Shown: positions 11,503 to 24,819, counted from the first letter of the whole stretch. The stretch is DNA of 63,747 bases, filler included, from Octopus bimaculoides (GCF_001194135.2; 9 parts of 8 records of this genome joined end to end with filler, not necessarily neighbours in it); one strand, 5' to 3'. The notes: generated by a model from the sequence alone, not told the origin. Translations and numbers: made by a program.

Positions 11503-11722
11503 TAAGACGGCGAGCTGGCAGAACCATTAGCGCACTGGACGAAATGCTTAGTGGTATTTCGCCCGTCGCTACGCTCTGAGTTCAAATTCCACCGAAGTCG
11601 ATTTTGCCTTTCATCCTTTCGGGGTCGATAAATTGAGTACCAGTTGTGTACAGGGGTCAATCTGATCGACTGAACCCTTCTCCCCCAAAATTCCAGGCCT
11701 TGTGCCTACAGCAGAAAGGATT
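11503..11722 (+). mobile_element. Family C SINE, full length
   Basis: TAAGACGGCGAGCTGGCAGAA head, B box GAGTTCAAATTCC, tail GAAAGGATT. Confidence 0.9.
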
Positions 11723-11725
11723 CTA

Positions 11726-11908
11726 CGAGGGTTTGCTGAAAAGTTCCTGGTTTTAAGGGTATCACGGAAGGTTTTCATGAGGCTTAAAAAAAACTGAAGG
11801 ACCGATGCAACAAGTGCGTGAATCTAAGGGTGCTGAATAAGACCATGATTAACTGACCCTCCGGTATTTTCTTTTACCCAAAGTCAGGACCTTTTCAACG
11901 CTCCCTCG
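11726..11908 (+). mobile_element. Tc1/mariner-derived MITE
   Basis: TA TSDs; ~35-bp TIRs CGAGGGTTTGCTGAAAAGTTCCTGG / CAGGACCTTTTCAACGCTCCCTCG; internal remnant DRCNKCVNLR resembling a mariner transposase C-terminus. Confidence 0.8.
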
Positions 11909-12226
11909 TATGCTCCCTCTCGTTTTATTACAGTAAACGAGGCCAAGCTGAGGGCATTATGAAAGGGATGTGGAGCAAGAGGATTCTAATACCCAGGTTT
12001 GGCTTTGACTTCTTTCTGTTATTGGTCAACGGTCACGATGCGGCACCTTTTTCAAAGGTTTAGATGCGCAAATCAAACCGAGTACTTAATTTCTTTAAGT
12101 CTAGTAGTAATTCTATCGGCTACGTTTGCCGAAACACTGGGTTACTAGGACGTAAACAAACTAAAACCGGTTACCAAGCGGTAGGTGGGGACAAACAAAC
12201 AAAGATATATATATATATATATATAT

Positions 12227-12435
12227 TGGTTTCAAATTTTGGCACAAGGCCAGCAGTTTGGGGGAGGGGTCTTAGTCGATTACATCGACCCCGGTGCTCT
12301 GTTGGTACTTATTTTATCGAATCCGATATGATGAAAGGCAAAGTCGACATCGGCGAAATTTGAAATTAGAACGTGAAGACGGACGAAATGCTGTTAAACA
12401 TTTTCTCCGGCACCCTATCGATGCTACCAGCTCAC
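12227..12435 (-). mobile_element. Family C SINE
   Basis: Matches the family C core. Confidence 0.85.
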
Positions 12436-12452
12436 ATTTATTTATTTATATA

Positions 12453-12552
12453 NNNNNNNNNNNNNNNNNNNNNNNNNNNNNNNNNNNNNNNNNNNNTTAA
12501 TTAATTAANNNNNNNNNNNNNNNNNNNNNNNNNNNNNNNNNNNNNNNNNNNN
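12453..12552. other. Artificial scaffolding linker N44-TTAATTAATTAA-N44 (also 20010-20109, 35756-35855, 38354-38453, 40577-40676, 49972-50071, 59850-59949, 61784-61883)
   Basis: Identical 100-bp geometry eight times; the 12-mer gives stops in all six frames. Confidence 0.95.
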
Positions 12553-12631
12553 ATATATATATATATATTTTCATATGTATATATATATGTGTGTGTATGT
12601 ATATATATATATATATTTTCATATGTATTTT

Positions 12632-12692
<61 letters not shown>

Positions 12693-15689
12693 GTATATGT
12701 ATGCACACATGTATATAGATGTTCACTACGTACACGTATTTTTGTATTGAAACACATGCATACATGTGTGTTTGAATGTGTGTAGGTATGTTCTCTCAAA
12801 GGAAATAGAAATTCTAATCTTAATAAAACAGTCAGTTTTATCTTATGTTAACAATAAATTATTTTAGCATTTTTGAATATTTATAAGAACATTTTTCTGT
12901 ATACAGAATTAAAAATACATTTTGAATTTCCACTGGACAGTTGTAGAGATGAAAAAAAGTACAGATCTATGTCTAAGAATAAAGAATGAATGTTATGGGC
13001 AGAGAGGCTTATTGATTTTCTCATTTATAGATAAGACCACTCTTCTATCAGTTTTATTGACAGTATTCTTCTTATGAATATTGTTAAAGATTCTTGAAAA
13101 TTTAATCTAATTATTGTTTTATTTTAATATTCACAAGGCATTCAATGATGTAGCGATTGGAAAAAATATATATGTATTAGATTTTAGTTAACATTGTTTT
13201 AGAAATGTGCTTACTGAAACATTTTCAGAATTAGTATGTAGTATAATTAGTGTCCTTCTTGATTAAATAAATAAATATTGTTCAACTGGATTAGTGCCAA
13301 TCAAGAACCTTTACTTTGGAAGTACATCTAAGAAGAACATGAAAGTTCAAAGTATTACATGCAAGTCCTTAGAAAATAATTTTAATCTTTTTACAGTGCA
13401 AGTTTATGTTACAATAACACTATTAGATGTAATTTTGTTAATATGTTAAAAATCATAACCTTTCTGGGAAGGTGATCATCTTTTAAGGTGATTTTTTTGT
13501 TAGACAATTGTTTATTGAGACAGCTGCATAATCTGAAGACTTGTGGAAAATAGGAAAATAATTATGAAAGCTTGTAACCAATTGTGTTTGATTCTTTTAA
13601 AATTAATTATATCCATCAGATAAAAAATATATGGAAAGGTGATGTGAAGCAACAGCCGTGGGCACTTTGTAAACATACATTTTTTATGATGATAGTCACT
13701 GGCTTTGCTTTAGGCAAAAAACTTGTGATGTTTTTAGTAACTAACTACACAAAACATCATATGTTTAAATTAATTATTTTCGTACTTTTTCTCTGTTTCC
13801 CTTCCAATCAAGAGTTCAAAGCAAACCTTGCAAATGAATTACATAAAAAAAAATTCTTTTCAACAATAAATGGCAAATCTATAATTGGGTACTAAGCCTA
13901 GCAGAATTTCTTACAGCTATCATATAGATTAGTCCTACTCTTATCTACTGGGTATAAATGGTGATAAAAATATGCTAAAGTGATGAGGGTGATGACAGTG
14001 ATGGTGGTGGTGATGAAAATAATAATGATGATATTTTTAGTTTATATTGTGAATTTATAAATTTAAATTACTTGATAAACCATGTTAGAAAATATACAAG
14101 TAGCTTTAATTATCCAGAGAGTTATATATATATATATATATATATAAAATCTCATATATTTAAAGAAAATTGTTAAAATTAGCATAATTCTATTTAGAAT
14201 TCAAATTTGATCCTTAAGGGAATATCCAGTGTTACTTAGTTTCATACAAAAAAATTATCACCGTATGTGGTTTTATTTCAATCAGATCTCCACCTTTGAA
14301 TTTAGTCTCTCCTTCAAAACACAGATATTGATGTGTATCACATGTGACCTAAGTCTATGAACATCATCACTTCTTCCAGTTTCTCTTTATATTTGAGTAA
14401 GATGTTCAATGAAGGAGAAAGTCAGCCATTTTGAAATGTTAACTATCCGCTAAAAAGAAAATATAACTTCAAGCTGCTCAATAAGAAAATCTAAATGAAA
14501 AATCTGCCAGCTTAATTAATTCAGTATTCTTTTATGATGGAAGACTGTAATAAGCAGTTTAAAGAAAATATTTAGAAATGAATGTAAGGAAATAATTAAC
14601 TTAGCTTCTTGATTTCAACAATAATCTCTCAAAATAAAGTATTAAAATTTTCCTTTACAAAACTTATTACATTTTGCTTATTAGAAGTAGAGTTAGATGA
14701 TACAATATTTGATGACTAAACTTATTAACTCTGTTAATAAGTTATACATCTGTTAATAAGTTATACATCATGCCAGATGGTTGTGTTTCATTTTGTCAGT
14801 GTGATTATGTACTAAAATCTATGTGTATTTAAAAGAGTTTGATGAATATAATTTAGATAAACTAGAAATTTGAAATCAAGCGAAATGCATAAAATGGTAC
14901 AACAGAATTATGTATTGATTCCTTAAATTGAATAAGAATTCTACATTGATTTCTCAAATTAAATCTTTAAAAAAATGTGTATTGATCTTTTAAAACTATG
15001 ATATAAAATTCATGTGTGTTGGGTTAGGGAGAGTTATTCAACATACAAGCAGACATCAATATTGATTAAAAAACAGAAAATGAAGTACATAATTTCTCAA
15101 ACATTAGTGTCTACTAAAAGGCTCATGATTGGCTATAATTTAAAATTTTGGAATCCTCTGAATTTAGGGGAAAATGTATTTACCATTTTAAAAGGTGAAT
15201 AATGATAGTAAAGGAAATATTTACCTTAACCAAAGCAATGTAACCTGCTCAGTAAAGATTATTTTTGGTTGGACCAGCAACAGCAATATGATGCAAAATA
15301 TTTTCTCTATCCAGCAGAATATTGGATTAAAAGTATTTTTGAAAACTTTTCCAAACAAAATTTATCTTTTTAGAAATTTACAATTGAGCAATATATTTCA
15401 TTATAATTATTTGAATTTTCAGCATTAGCATCTAAAATTTAGCTATAAGTTTGTTATTGTAAGTCAGAATGAAGGTTATTTAAGGGATTACATTCAGTGA
15501 CATCACAAGATTGTCCATCTAATATATTTATATATTAAACTAAACTTTAAAGGATATATATTTATGTATATATTAGTTATATATTATTACATAAGGTGTT
15601 TATTTTCCCTTGAATGTTATAACAAGGAATAGTGGTAAAAGTGATCCATTCAGTTTAGAAATCCAATGCACAATGCGAAAATTGAAATG

Positions 15690-16015
15690 AGATGCCAATC
15701 CATTTTTTGCAAATAGATTAGTAATGAAATATTACAAAATTTCACATTGTTTAAAGATCACTTGAGAATGTCCAGTGATGGGATATCAGGATGTACTTGA
15801 AAATTATCTTCCAAAAGATTCATGAATAAGGTACTTTTGGTAAAGGTTTGGTATATGAAGTGAAACTGTTCCTTGTTGGTAGATTCCAGGGTTGAGCTTG
15901 CAATAATTTAGGTTTGGTGTTATCTGCTTGTGTAGATTTTAAGTTTATTATATTATTGCCATGAGTAAAAAGACTAGGGTTAGGTTGATAGGAAGACCTA
16001 GGATTGGTACCTTTT
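15690..16015 (-). pseudogene. Degenerate Penelope-like reverse transcriptase fragment
   Basis: Frameshifted minus-strand peptides resembling SFxIxNLYPKVP and YLQKNGLA; weak. Confidence 0.4.
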
Positions 16016-16654
16016 GGTTTAATTAATGTCTGTGATAAGGATTTCCTGCCTGTGCTGGGTGTCTGTTCTTGAAGAGATTTCAGACCTGGGTGAAAATAAA
16101 GAAGAATATATATATTTGATTGCGTCTATTCATTTTGATAATTTGTGCAATCGACTTCTTCTTCCCTCCTTCTCTTTCTCCCTCACACACATACTCACAC
16201 ACTTCATTTGGCATAGTTTAATATATCTTTCATTTTCAAAACCTTTGCAATCACTCTTCTAGAAAACAATCTGACAATGCCAGCTGTGTTAGTAGTGAAC
16301 ACCTACCTATAATATTCTACTCATTAATCCTCATCTTCTTAACTGTTATATTAATTCCAAATGAGGAGTGATATCACTTTTATATTGTTGTAAAGGCAAT
16401 CTATTTGTGTGCCAGTTTCACCAGAATAAATTATATATAGGAAAGAATAGTTTTTGCCTTGCAAAACAACCTCACTTCTGTTGCCATAAATGCAATTCTA
16501 TGACCATTCTATCAAAGTGGTTGGCAAGAGGAAAAGAAAGAATCTAACAATAAAATTTAAATTAAATATGCATTACAGAACAAACAAGTTGACACATATT
16601 CACTCATGCATTATATATGTGTATGTATTTACGTGCATATGTATGTGTGTGTGA

Positions 16655-16721
<67 letters not shown>

Positions 16722-16728
16722 TATATCA

Positions 16729-17146
16729 CAAATGAAAAAAAATGGAATTCATGAGATTCTTTTTTAATTATAATCATCATTTCAATCCATCTTGCATCAG
16801 TCTCTCATGGGTGAGATATTGTAAAATTAGTTGTGGTGCATCCTTCTGTGCAGATATGTCTTATCAGATGACTTTTCAAAAGATATCTTGCTCAGTAAAC
16901 TCTGTTTTGCTTCGTTCTAGTACAATGCATTATAATATTGCAATATAACAGAATCAAGCAAAGCCATGTTTATTGAGCAAGGTACCTTTTGAAAAGTCAC
17001 CTGACAAGACACATCTGCACTGAAGGATGCACCACAACCAGTTTCACAGTATCTCCCTTGCGAGGGACTGATACAAGATGGATCAAAATGATTGTTCTGA
17101 TTAATAAAGAATCTCATGAATTCCATTTTCTGTTTCTCTCATTTCT
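16729..17146. repeat. Long near-spacerless inverted repeat (palindrome centred at 16934)
   Basis: 16741-16929 vs reverse complement of 16939-17127: 35 mismatches in 189 positions, no indels (manual count); 9-nt loop. Confidence 0.95.
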
Positions 17147-17323
17147 TATATACTTATCAGACATAGAAGAATTCCTGAGGTAGATTGAGTGGTGTTTATA
17201 TCTGTAGTGTGGATGACATAAGGTAGCCATAGACTGCAAGAGTGCTTTAATTGGCATACCACCAAGTGTGTACCCAAGGTTTAAATAGCTACTTCTATAT
17301 ATATGTGTGTGTGTGTGTGTATG

Positions 17324-17359
<36 letters not shown>

Positions 17360-19224
17360 CATAGAGAGAGGGAGAGAGGACACTTTTAGTGAACATGTCC
17401 ATATGATTCGAGCAAGCCTCTAATTGGTTATTTGACCTACTAGAAATAGATGTTAAATATCCCTCAAATCACATCCTATCTTTTAAAAAGACACATTGAA
17501 TAATGTAGTGTGAGGTGTACAATAAATGGAAGAAAGATGAGATTGTCATAGCTGGAATGCCTTTGATTGTGAGTCTGTTTAGTGAAGGATGAACTGACAT
17601 TAAACAACAACTCATATATTAACAAATACATTTGTACTCTTTGTTTCAGTTAGTTAGTATGCACTGGCTGTGACAGAAAAAAGTCAGAAACAAAGGCGCA
17701 AGTTAGTTTGTATTCTTTATGTCCCTTCTGAATTGTTAGTGAGTCCAAGGATGGTTGAGTAAATATGGTTTTATATAACCAGCCGAGAGATCAACTGTTT
17801 GATTCCCATTGTGCTCAAGGTCAAAACTTAAATCTCTCTAGTAACCTAGTCTTCCTAGTTCAGTTTAAATATCACTTTATAACTTCAATTAATAATCAAT
17901 AATCAAATTATCAGTGACACTTTGTCATTGTTTTGTTTCTCTGTGGAAGGGTTTAGCCAAGATGATTTGCTGAAGATACAGTTCATAAAATAGAATCTTT
18001 AGCAGTGCTTTCATGACTCTTTGGGTTGAGTGTTTCACCATGAATACCACAATGGTGATAATACTATATGGCAGTCATGCATATGTATCCAAAGTTCCAG
18101 AGTGAAGTGGGAAGTGCCTTAAGCACTTAAAGAAGAGAATGGGAAAAAAATAGAGATGAAATTGTAATAAATGAGTTTAAGCATAAGTGACATATACACA
18201 TATTCAGAAGAATAAAAGAATCGGAAGGAATATAAGTGATAAGAATAGTTTTACCTCCTGTGTTCTACTTTTTCTTAGATGCAGTTAAGATAATGACTTA
18301 TATAAAAAGTACATTTATAACTATAGAGTATTTTTTTTGTTATTTAAAAGTACAGTTATTTAGTTTATATCCACTGGATTTTAGCTGTGAATATAACAGA
18401 TATATGCCAAAAAGATACCCCACCCCCCCCAAAAAAAACTTTTGATCAGATGGTATTGTGTGTTATGCAGCATGTCAGTAGTTAATATAATATATATGAT
18501 TCTTTTGAAATAAGTATAGCATCTGTTATGTTCTTCCTGATTTATTATAGGTTTAGTTTGTGTCATGTAATAACTGTTAAAGCAATAATGTATGTATTAC
18601 CAGGTGCCTGAAAATTATAAATCATGTTATAAATATTATTGTCTGTAGGATAAAACGACTTAGAAAATTAGAAATCTCAATGCTATAAGTAGCAATATGA
18701 TGATAAATAATAAATTTTGAGACAAAAGTTAAAGCAAACTAAAATTTGATCAGAAATATTTATAGCTAATAAATACTAATGGTAAACTGAAGTATTTATA
18801 TATTTACCTGATTACACATGCTATTACACTTGTCAGCATTATCTTAACAAAAGACAGAGGCAGTAGTACTCAAATGAAGGAAATAATAGACAGGTAATAA
18901 ACAGAACAAGAAGCTGTACAGTAACAGCAATAGCTTCACTAATAATCTTTATCATCTATTGGTCATGCAGAATTTGACAAAAGATAGCTGTAGGTGCTCT
19001 AATCAAATAAACAGTATTGTATATATGAATGTAAAGTAAATCTTGTGGATAAGAGTTAAACTCTTGAAATACAGATATTTTGGAAAATTGTTGCACAGTT
19101 TCAGTAGTGCAATAAATATAGCTTTATACAGTTGAGAAGCTTAATGATAAATCAAAAATAGTAGTTGTGCTCATACTTGCAGCACAGCATAATTCAGATA
19201 AGGGCTGTTCTCCATTTAAACCAA

Positions 19225-19369
<145 letters not shown>

Positions 19370-19569
19370 TATATGTGAGAGGTATTGGTATCCAAAAGAC
19401 CCAAGATGGCAGGTAAGGCTATGTAAGTGCTATAGTTAAATTCTAAGTTCGATAATAATGAGTGAGGAGTCTAATGTGGGTCTTGTATGAGCATGTATAT
19501 GTTAAATAAAATGAGACAACAAAACCTAGGCTGTGTGTCATTTTCAGGACGTTTATAAAGAGAAAGTTA

Positions 19570-19617
19570 GTCTTACAGCTATTTCTGGGATTTTAGGAAT
19601 ATCCTTTCATCAGAGAT
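19570..19617 (-). ncRNA. Minimal type I hammerhead ribozyme motif
   Basis: Minus strand: ATCT-CTGATGA-AAGGATATTCCTAAAATCCCA-GAAA-T-AGCT-G-TA-AGAC; full catalytic core, palindromic AGCT loop in helix III, helix I TCT/AGA; helix II base imperfect. Confidence 0.6.
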
Positions 19618-19962
19618 GATGTGAGATGGTTACATACAGAAAAGTAGCAGAGTTCAATATAAGGAGTTATTTCCGAAAAGGATGGGAATAAGAGAATAAA
19701 AATAAAAATATACGTCTCCACACTTTCCATTTGTAATGACAAAATATGAACTTCTATCGGAATTTACATACCATGGACAAGAAGCATTTCTACCACTTCT
19801 ACACACCACTTTTCTTGGATAATGGAACTGCAACTATAACATCCTACATATATTTTTAATTTTACTCTCTTATTTCCCTTTATACTTCTTATTTCCATCC
19901 ATTTCTGAAATAACTCCTTATATTGAACTCTACTATTTCTCTCTATGTAACCATTTCACATG

Positions 19963-20009
19963 GTCTCTGATGGAAAGGATATCCCTAAAATCCCAGAAAC
20001 AGTAGTAAG
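19963..20009 (+). ncRNA. Degenerate hammerhead ribozyme motif (second arm)
   Basis: GTCT-CTGATGGA-AAGGAT...ATCCCA-GAAAC-AGTA-GTA-AG; extra G in the core and mutated loop III. Confidence 0.4.
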
Positions 20010-21027
20010 NNNNNNNNNNNNNNNNNNNNNNNNNNNNNNNNNNNNNNNNNNNNTTAATTAATTAANNNNNNNNNNNNNNNNNNNNNNNNNNNNNNNNNNN
20101 NNNNNNNNNTACATACACACAAAATGGAACTTGAAATTTTACATGTGTGTGTCAATATATGTGTTTGTGTGCCCATCTTTTCATAAATTCTGGCATAATC
20201 GAAAAGCTACTTCATCTGAAAGGTATTTATAGAAAATTCCATAATTTTTTTTTTTTCTTCTTCTGAAAGTTATCAGGAAGCAGTCATAGTGGGAGCATAC
20301 TTATGAAGGTATGCCACCAAATCTACTGTCTTAAAAAAAAAAAATTTTAAAAAACCAGTTTAGTTTAGTCTTGTTGGATAGGTCTGCCCATCCCTTAAAT
20401 AAATAGAGGGAATCAACATCTGTTATTCTTCGTAGATGTTATTTATTCAATGAGAGATAGATGATCATAAAGTATTTAGTCAACTGTATGATTACTAATC
20501 TGAAATTGCTGGTACAAAACAACAGCATTAATAAAACTAATATTGCCTCAAGGACTTAAACATGTTAAAACCAGACTAATAACAACCTCGTTATCTTAAT
20601 TAAATGTGTGCATGTAAACACAGTTTTAGACAATTACCAGCATCAGTTCAATGGCTTGCTTACGAAGCTTAACCGTCAATGGGTCTATCACCCTTTTCCT
20701 GCTTCAAATTTGTGTTACAATTTATAGATAAACTTAGATAGGTTTCGATCAAAGATAGGTCCAGGCCATGTCTAACTTAATAGCACCACCTGATAGGATT
20801 ATCTAAATCCTTTTTACAGTCAAGTTTTGTTTATGGTCCATTCAAGTAATGAGTTCTTATTGAGTGAGTTGTATCCAGGTATGGGTGGCTTGTCTGGTAT
20901 TCCTTGAAGAAATCTGTTTAAAGCTGATAGGATCCTTTTCCTCTTTTATCTGTTTCGGGACAATGTTAAACAGGGCAGGGCCTGTTGAGGAAAAGAAATT
21001 CTGCCGCAGTGTACCTATATGTTGTGG

Positions 21028-21815
21028 TAAAGCGGCGAGCTTCCACCGAGGTCGACTTCGCCTTTCATCCTTTTGTACCAGACAAGTACCGAGGTCAATC
21101 TAATCGACTAGTCTCTGCTCCCAAAATTTCAGGTCTTGTGCCTATAGTAGATATAGTAATAATAGTCCTTTCTACTAAAGGCACAAGGCCTGATATTTTG
21201 GGGGAGGAGACTCCAGTGTTTCACTGCTACTTCATCTATCGACCCCGAGAAAATAAAAGAGCAAAGTCGACCTCGGCGGAATTTCAACTCATAATGTGAA
21301 AACAGACGAAATACCGCTAAGCATTTTGCCCGACGTGCAAACGATTCCGCCAGCTCACCACCTTAGAAATAGTAATAATTATTATGAAGTCGGCGAGCTG
21401 GCAGAACCTTTAGCACGCCGGGCAAAATGTTTCACAGAATTTCGACCATCTTTATCTTCTGAGTTCAAATTCCGTGGATGTTGGCCTTGCCTTTCATCCT
21501 TTTGCGGTCGATAATACAAATACCAGTCAAGTATTGGGATCAATCTAATCAATTTCCCACTCTCCTGCTAGCCCTGTGCCAAAAGTTGACACTATTAAGG
21601 CGGTGAGCTGGCAGAATCGTTACCACGCCGAGCAAAATGTTTAGCAGCATTTCTTCTGGGTCTTGACATTCTGAGTTCAAAGTCTGCCGAGGTCGACTTT
21701 GTCTTTCAATCCTTTTGGGGTCGATGATAAAATAATTACCAGTTGAGCACCGGGACCGATGTAATCGACTTCTCCCTCCCCTCAACACTGCTAATCTTGC
21801 GCCAAAATTAGGACC
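21028..21815. mobile_element. Cluster of four family C SINEs in mixed orientation (+21028-21151, -21166-21365, +21386-21587, +21596-21815)
   Basis: Family C core seen in both orientations. Confidence 0.85.
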
Positions 21816-22387
21816 ATTATAGGTGAAACGGCTTAGCAGAATCGTTAGAATACCGGATAAAATGTCTTAAAATATATATCATTATGAGTCTCTGTAATCC
21901 TGCCAGTTTCGACATTACCTGTCATCCTTTGTGGTTCAATAAAATAGACATCAGACGAATACTGGAGACGATTTTTGATGGTAGCTCAAATCTAAAAGCT
22001 GTATACATTGTCATAGTTTATTTAGTGACCGCCATCTACTTGTACATCATAATGAATATTTTTTATGTAGAGTAATTCACAAATTTCTATGGTCATAAGT
22101 TGGGAGTGCAGCTGCTTCATTGTTGAGACTCTTTTGTTCGTCATTTAAGACGTAATTATAGTGGAATTTGACAGCGGTTTCTGTATGACCTCATAGATGC
22201 TCCGTTGTGACGTAACAAGACAAAATAAAATATTCAATTAATATTTTTTTTACTTTACATTAGATAAGAGTATTTTATTTATTTACTTATTTATTTATTT
22301 ATTTATTTTTTACATAAATAATTCAAATTATTTCCTTACAGTTTATCAAATAAATGATAACAATAATAATAATAATAATAATAATAA

Positions 22388-22718
22388 TAAGCCTTTCTGC
22401 TATAGGCACAGCGCCTGTCGGCTGGTATCGACCCCGAAAGATGAAAAACAAAGTCAACCTCGGCGGAATTTGAAACCAGAACGTAAAGATGGACGAAGTG
22501 TCGCTGAGCATATTGTCCGGCACTCTAACGATTCTGCCAGTTCTCTCACCGCCTTAGTAATTCTTTCTCCAAGGGGCAAAGGTCTGGAATTTAAAGAGAG
22601 GGAGCTAATTGATACTTGTTTCATCGACTTCGGAAAGACGAAAGACCTGGTCGACCTCGACAGCATTTGAACTCAAAACGCTCAGCATTTTGTCCGGCGC
22701 GCTAACGCTTCTGCCAGA
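22388..22718 (-). mobile_element. Two tandem family C SINEs (22388-22556, 22559-22718)
   Basis: Family C core; (TAA)n tail. Confidence 0.8.
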
Positions 22719-23126
22719 ATGTTCTGGCAATAAGAATTATTTTAAACAAATGAAGACGATGTTGTTATAGCAACGAAGGAAAATTTTGGCCAAAGCTTTA
22801 CCATCATAATTTGCGGCAAATCAACATAATTTTGTATTGTGGAATAGCAAGTTCATGAAATAAACAATTACAGAACATATTGTTCATTAATAGCAAACCA
22901 TAATCTTTTCAAATACTTGATCGCTGCCATGCTTATATATGTGTGTCTTCGTGTCATTTCCATTCACATTCAAGTAATTGAAAAGTTTTGTGGATGTGCC
23001 GCTCATAGGGACTTAGTAATTACTGTGTTTGTATTTATGAAATTCCTATTTTGGTTGACTACCTCTGGTGATAAATTCTGTTCCTTCATGTGAATACCAA
23101 AATATGAGCAATTTTATTTCCTATAT

Positions 23127-23317
23127 TTCTTTTTACTCTTGGCACAAGGCCTGAAATTTGATGAGAAGGGGCTAGTCGATTACATCGATCCCAGTGCTCA
23201 ATTGGTACTTAATTTATCAACCCCAGTAGAATTTGAACTCAGGACGTAATGAGTCGGGAGGAATATCGTTAATCATTTTGCCTGATGGGTTACCGATTCT
23301 GTCAGCTTGTCACCTTT
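23127..23317 (-). mobile_element. Family C SINE with internal deletion
   Basis: Family C motifs. Confidence 0.8.
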
Positions 23318-24614
23318 GAGCAGTCTTACTTTCTGCCTGACACTTTTTCAAGGAAGCACTTGTTTGTGTGTCCCCGAATTTATATCTCTAAATACTCATT
23401 GGGTTTTCTACCCTTCGTTGGTCTCTTGTATAATGTCGGTGGAAATATTTCATTTTCTTTATAAAGGAGCTTCTATGTGAGCTCTCAACGTGTTAGAATT
23501 AGAAGCCAAACCTACCTCAAATCACACTCGAACATTTGGGTAAAGGAAAGGACGTGTTGCATAACGTTCGACATAGTTCTAAAAACACTCGATGATCGTG
23601 GTTGGAATGCCTGTCGAGGTCGACCTGGCGTTAATCAACCTTGATTTAGTTACATGTTAAATGTAATAATGGATAATCATCAAGCGAGTTTTAACTATAC
23701 TTTTTACCATGGAGCAAACAAGCTAACGCAGGGGGATTCCCTCTGCATGACTACTCGACTGGCTAGAAATAACAACCAAATCTCCCTCAAAATATACCCG
23801 GTGAAGTTTCGAATTTGAAGTCATTTACTTTATTGGAATGGAAAATATGGGAATGTTCGAGATGAATGTAAAAAAATAAACCTGAAATGTTTGGAAATTA
23901 AATTCTATCAGGGTCGTAATTTTCTCTAGTATGAAACGCAAGAATGCTAAAAAAAATTAAGGAAAATAAATTACCCTTTTCTTTTTCCATGAGATATGGG
24001 CCTTGTTATAAGAAACTCAATTGTACACCCTTGCACAGCCATGAGAAACCTGCGGCCTGTTGGACTTTCTGTATGACATGTCTAACGAAAAATTACCTTG
24101 GATTTTTTTTTTTTTTTTTTTTTTTTTTGTAGTGCGGCCCGTTTGATGATGAACCATGTCTTCTGCTGCTTGCTTCTCATTAAAGGTTGCCCATGCCTGT
24201 TCTAACATCTTAAAGAAAAGAAAGAAAATCTAAGCATTGAACAGATAAACACGCAATGCTAGTAAAAAAAAAAAACAAGATGATAATGGCTTTTAACACC
24301 TTTGATGATTGGTCTTACTCAACCAGGTGAGACTCGGAGCCTAATAATCACAGCCACAAATTACGTAATTCAATTGTGTATAACAGTTGCTATGGTGATT
24401 GTTTTTGGTTTAAAATCGAAGTGAATGGTAAACACGTGACCTTAGTGAGTCACTGACCTTTTTGCTTCAAAAATAGGTGACAATCGTGCGAAACCGCCTG
24501 ATCACAAAGTCTATTGAAAGGTTTCTCATGTAAATTTCCAACGATCTATGTCACCTGAGGTTCTCAGGAAAAAAAACTGTGATACTCTTAACACCAGTTA
24601 ATAATTTTCATATA

Positions 24615-24819
24615 CAGTAACCCCTCGACTATCGCGGATGTTACGTTCCCAAAACCCATGTGATAGGTGAAAATTCGCAAAGTAGAAACAGTACTGTACT
24701 GTATTTTTTTTTTAATTATTTTTATAATTTGTATATGTTTATTTTATTATAAATGCAAAACACCACGGAGGAATCGACGTAAGCTTGAACAATAAACCTC
24801 GACAGGTGAATGATTACTG
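24615..24819. mobile_element. Tigger/pogo-like MITE
   Basis: TA-CAGTAACCCCTCG ... TGATTACTG-TA termini. Confidence 0.65.

Larger units (their letters stand above)
19568..20009. mobile_element. Penelope-like pseudo-LTR inverted repeat (arms approx. 19570-19710 and 19850-20009)
   Basis: Arms are mutual reverse complements (e.g. AGAGTTCAATATAAGGAGTTATTTC / GAAATAACTCCTTATATTGAACTCT); both outer ends carry CTGATG...GAAA...GTA hammerhead-like motifs; right end cut by a linker. Confidence 0.75.

Noticed and set aside
16742-17126. Two similar MEFMRFF ORFs on opposite strands, resembling a paralogous peptide-gene pair
   Set aside because: Explained by the DNA palindrome; no recognisable domain or splice context
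17654-17701. Possible 48-nt phase-0 exon LVCTGCDRKKSETKAQ (TTAG|...CAA|GTTAGT)
   Set aside because: The stronger upstream AG gives stops in all frames and no homology is recognised; insufficient support
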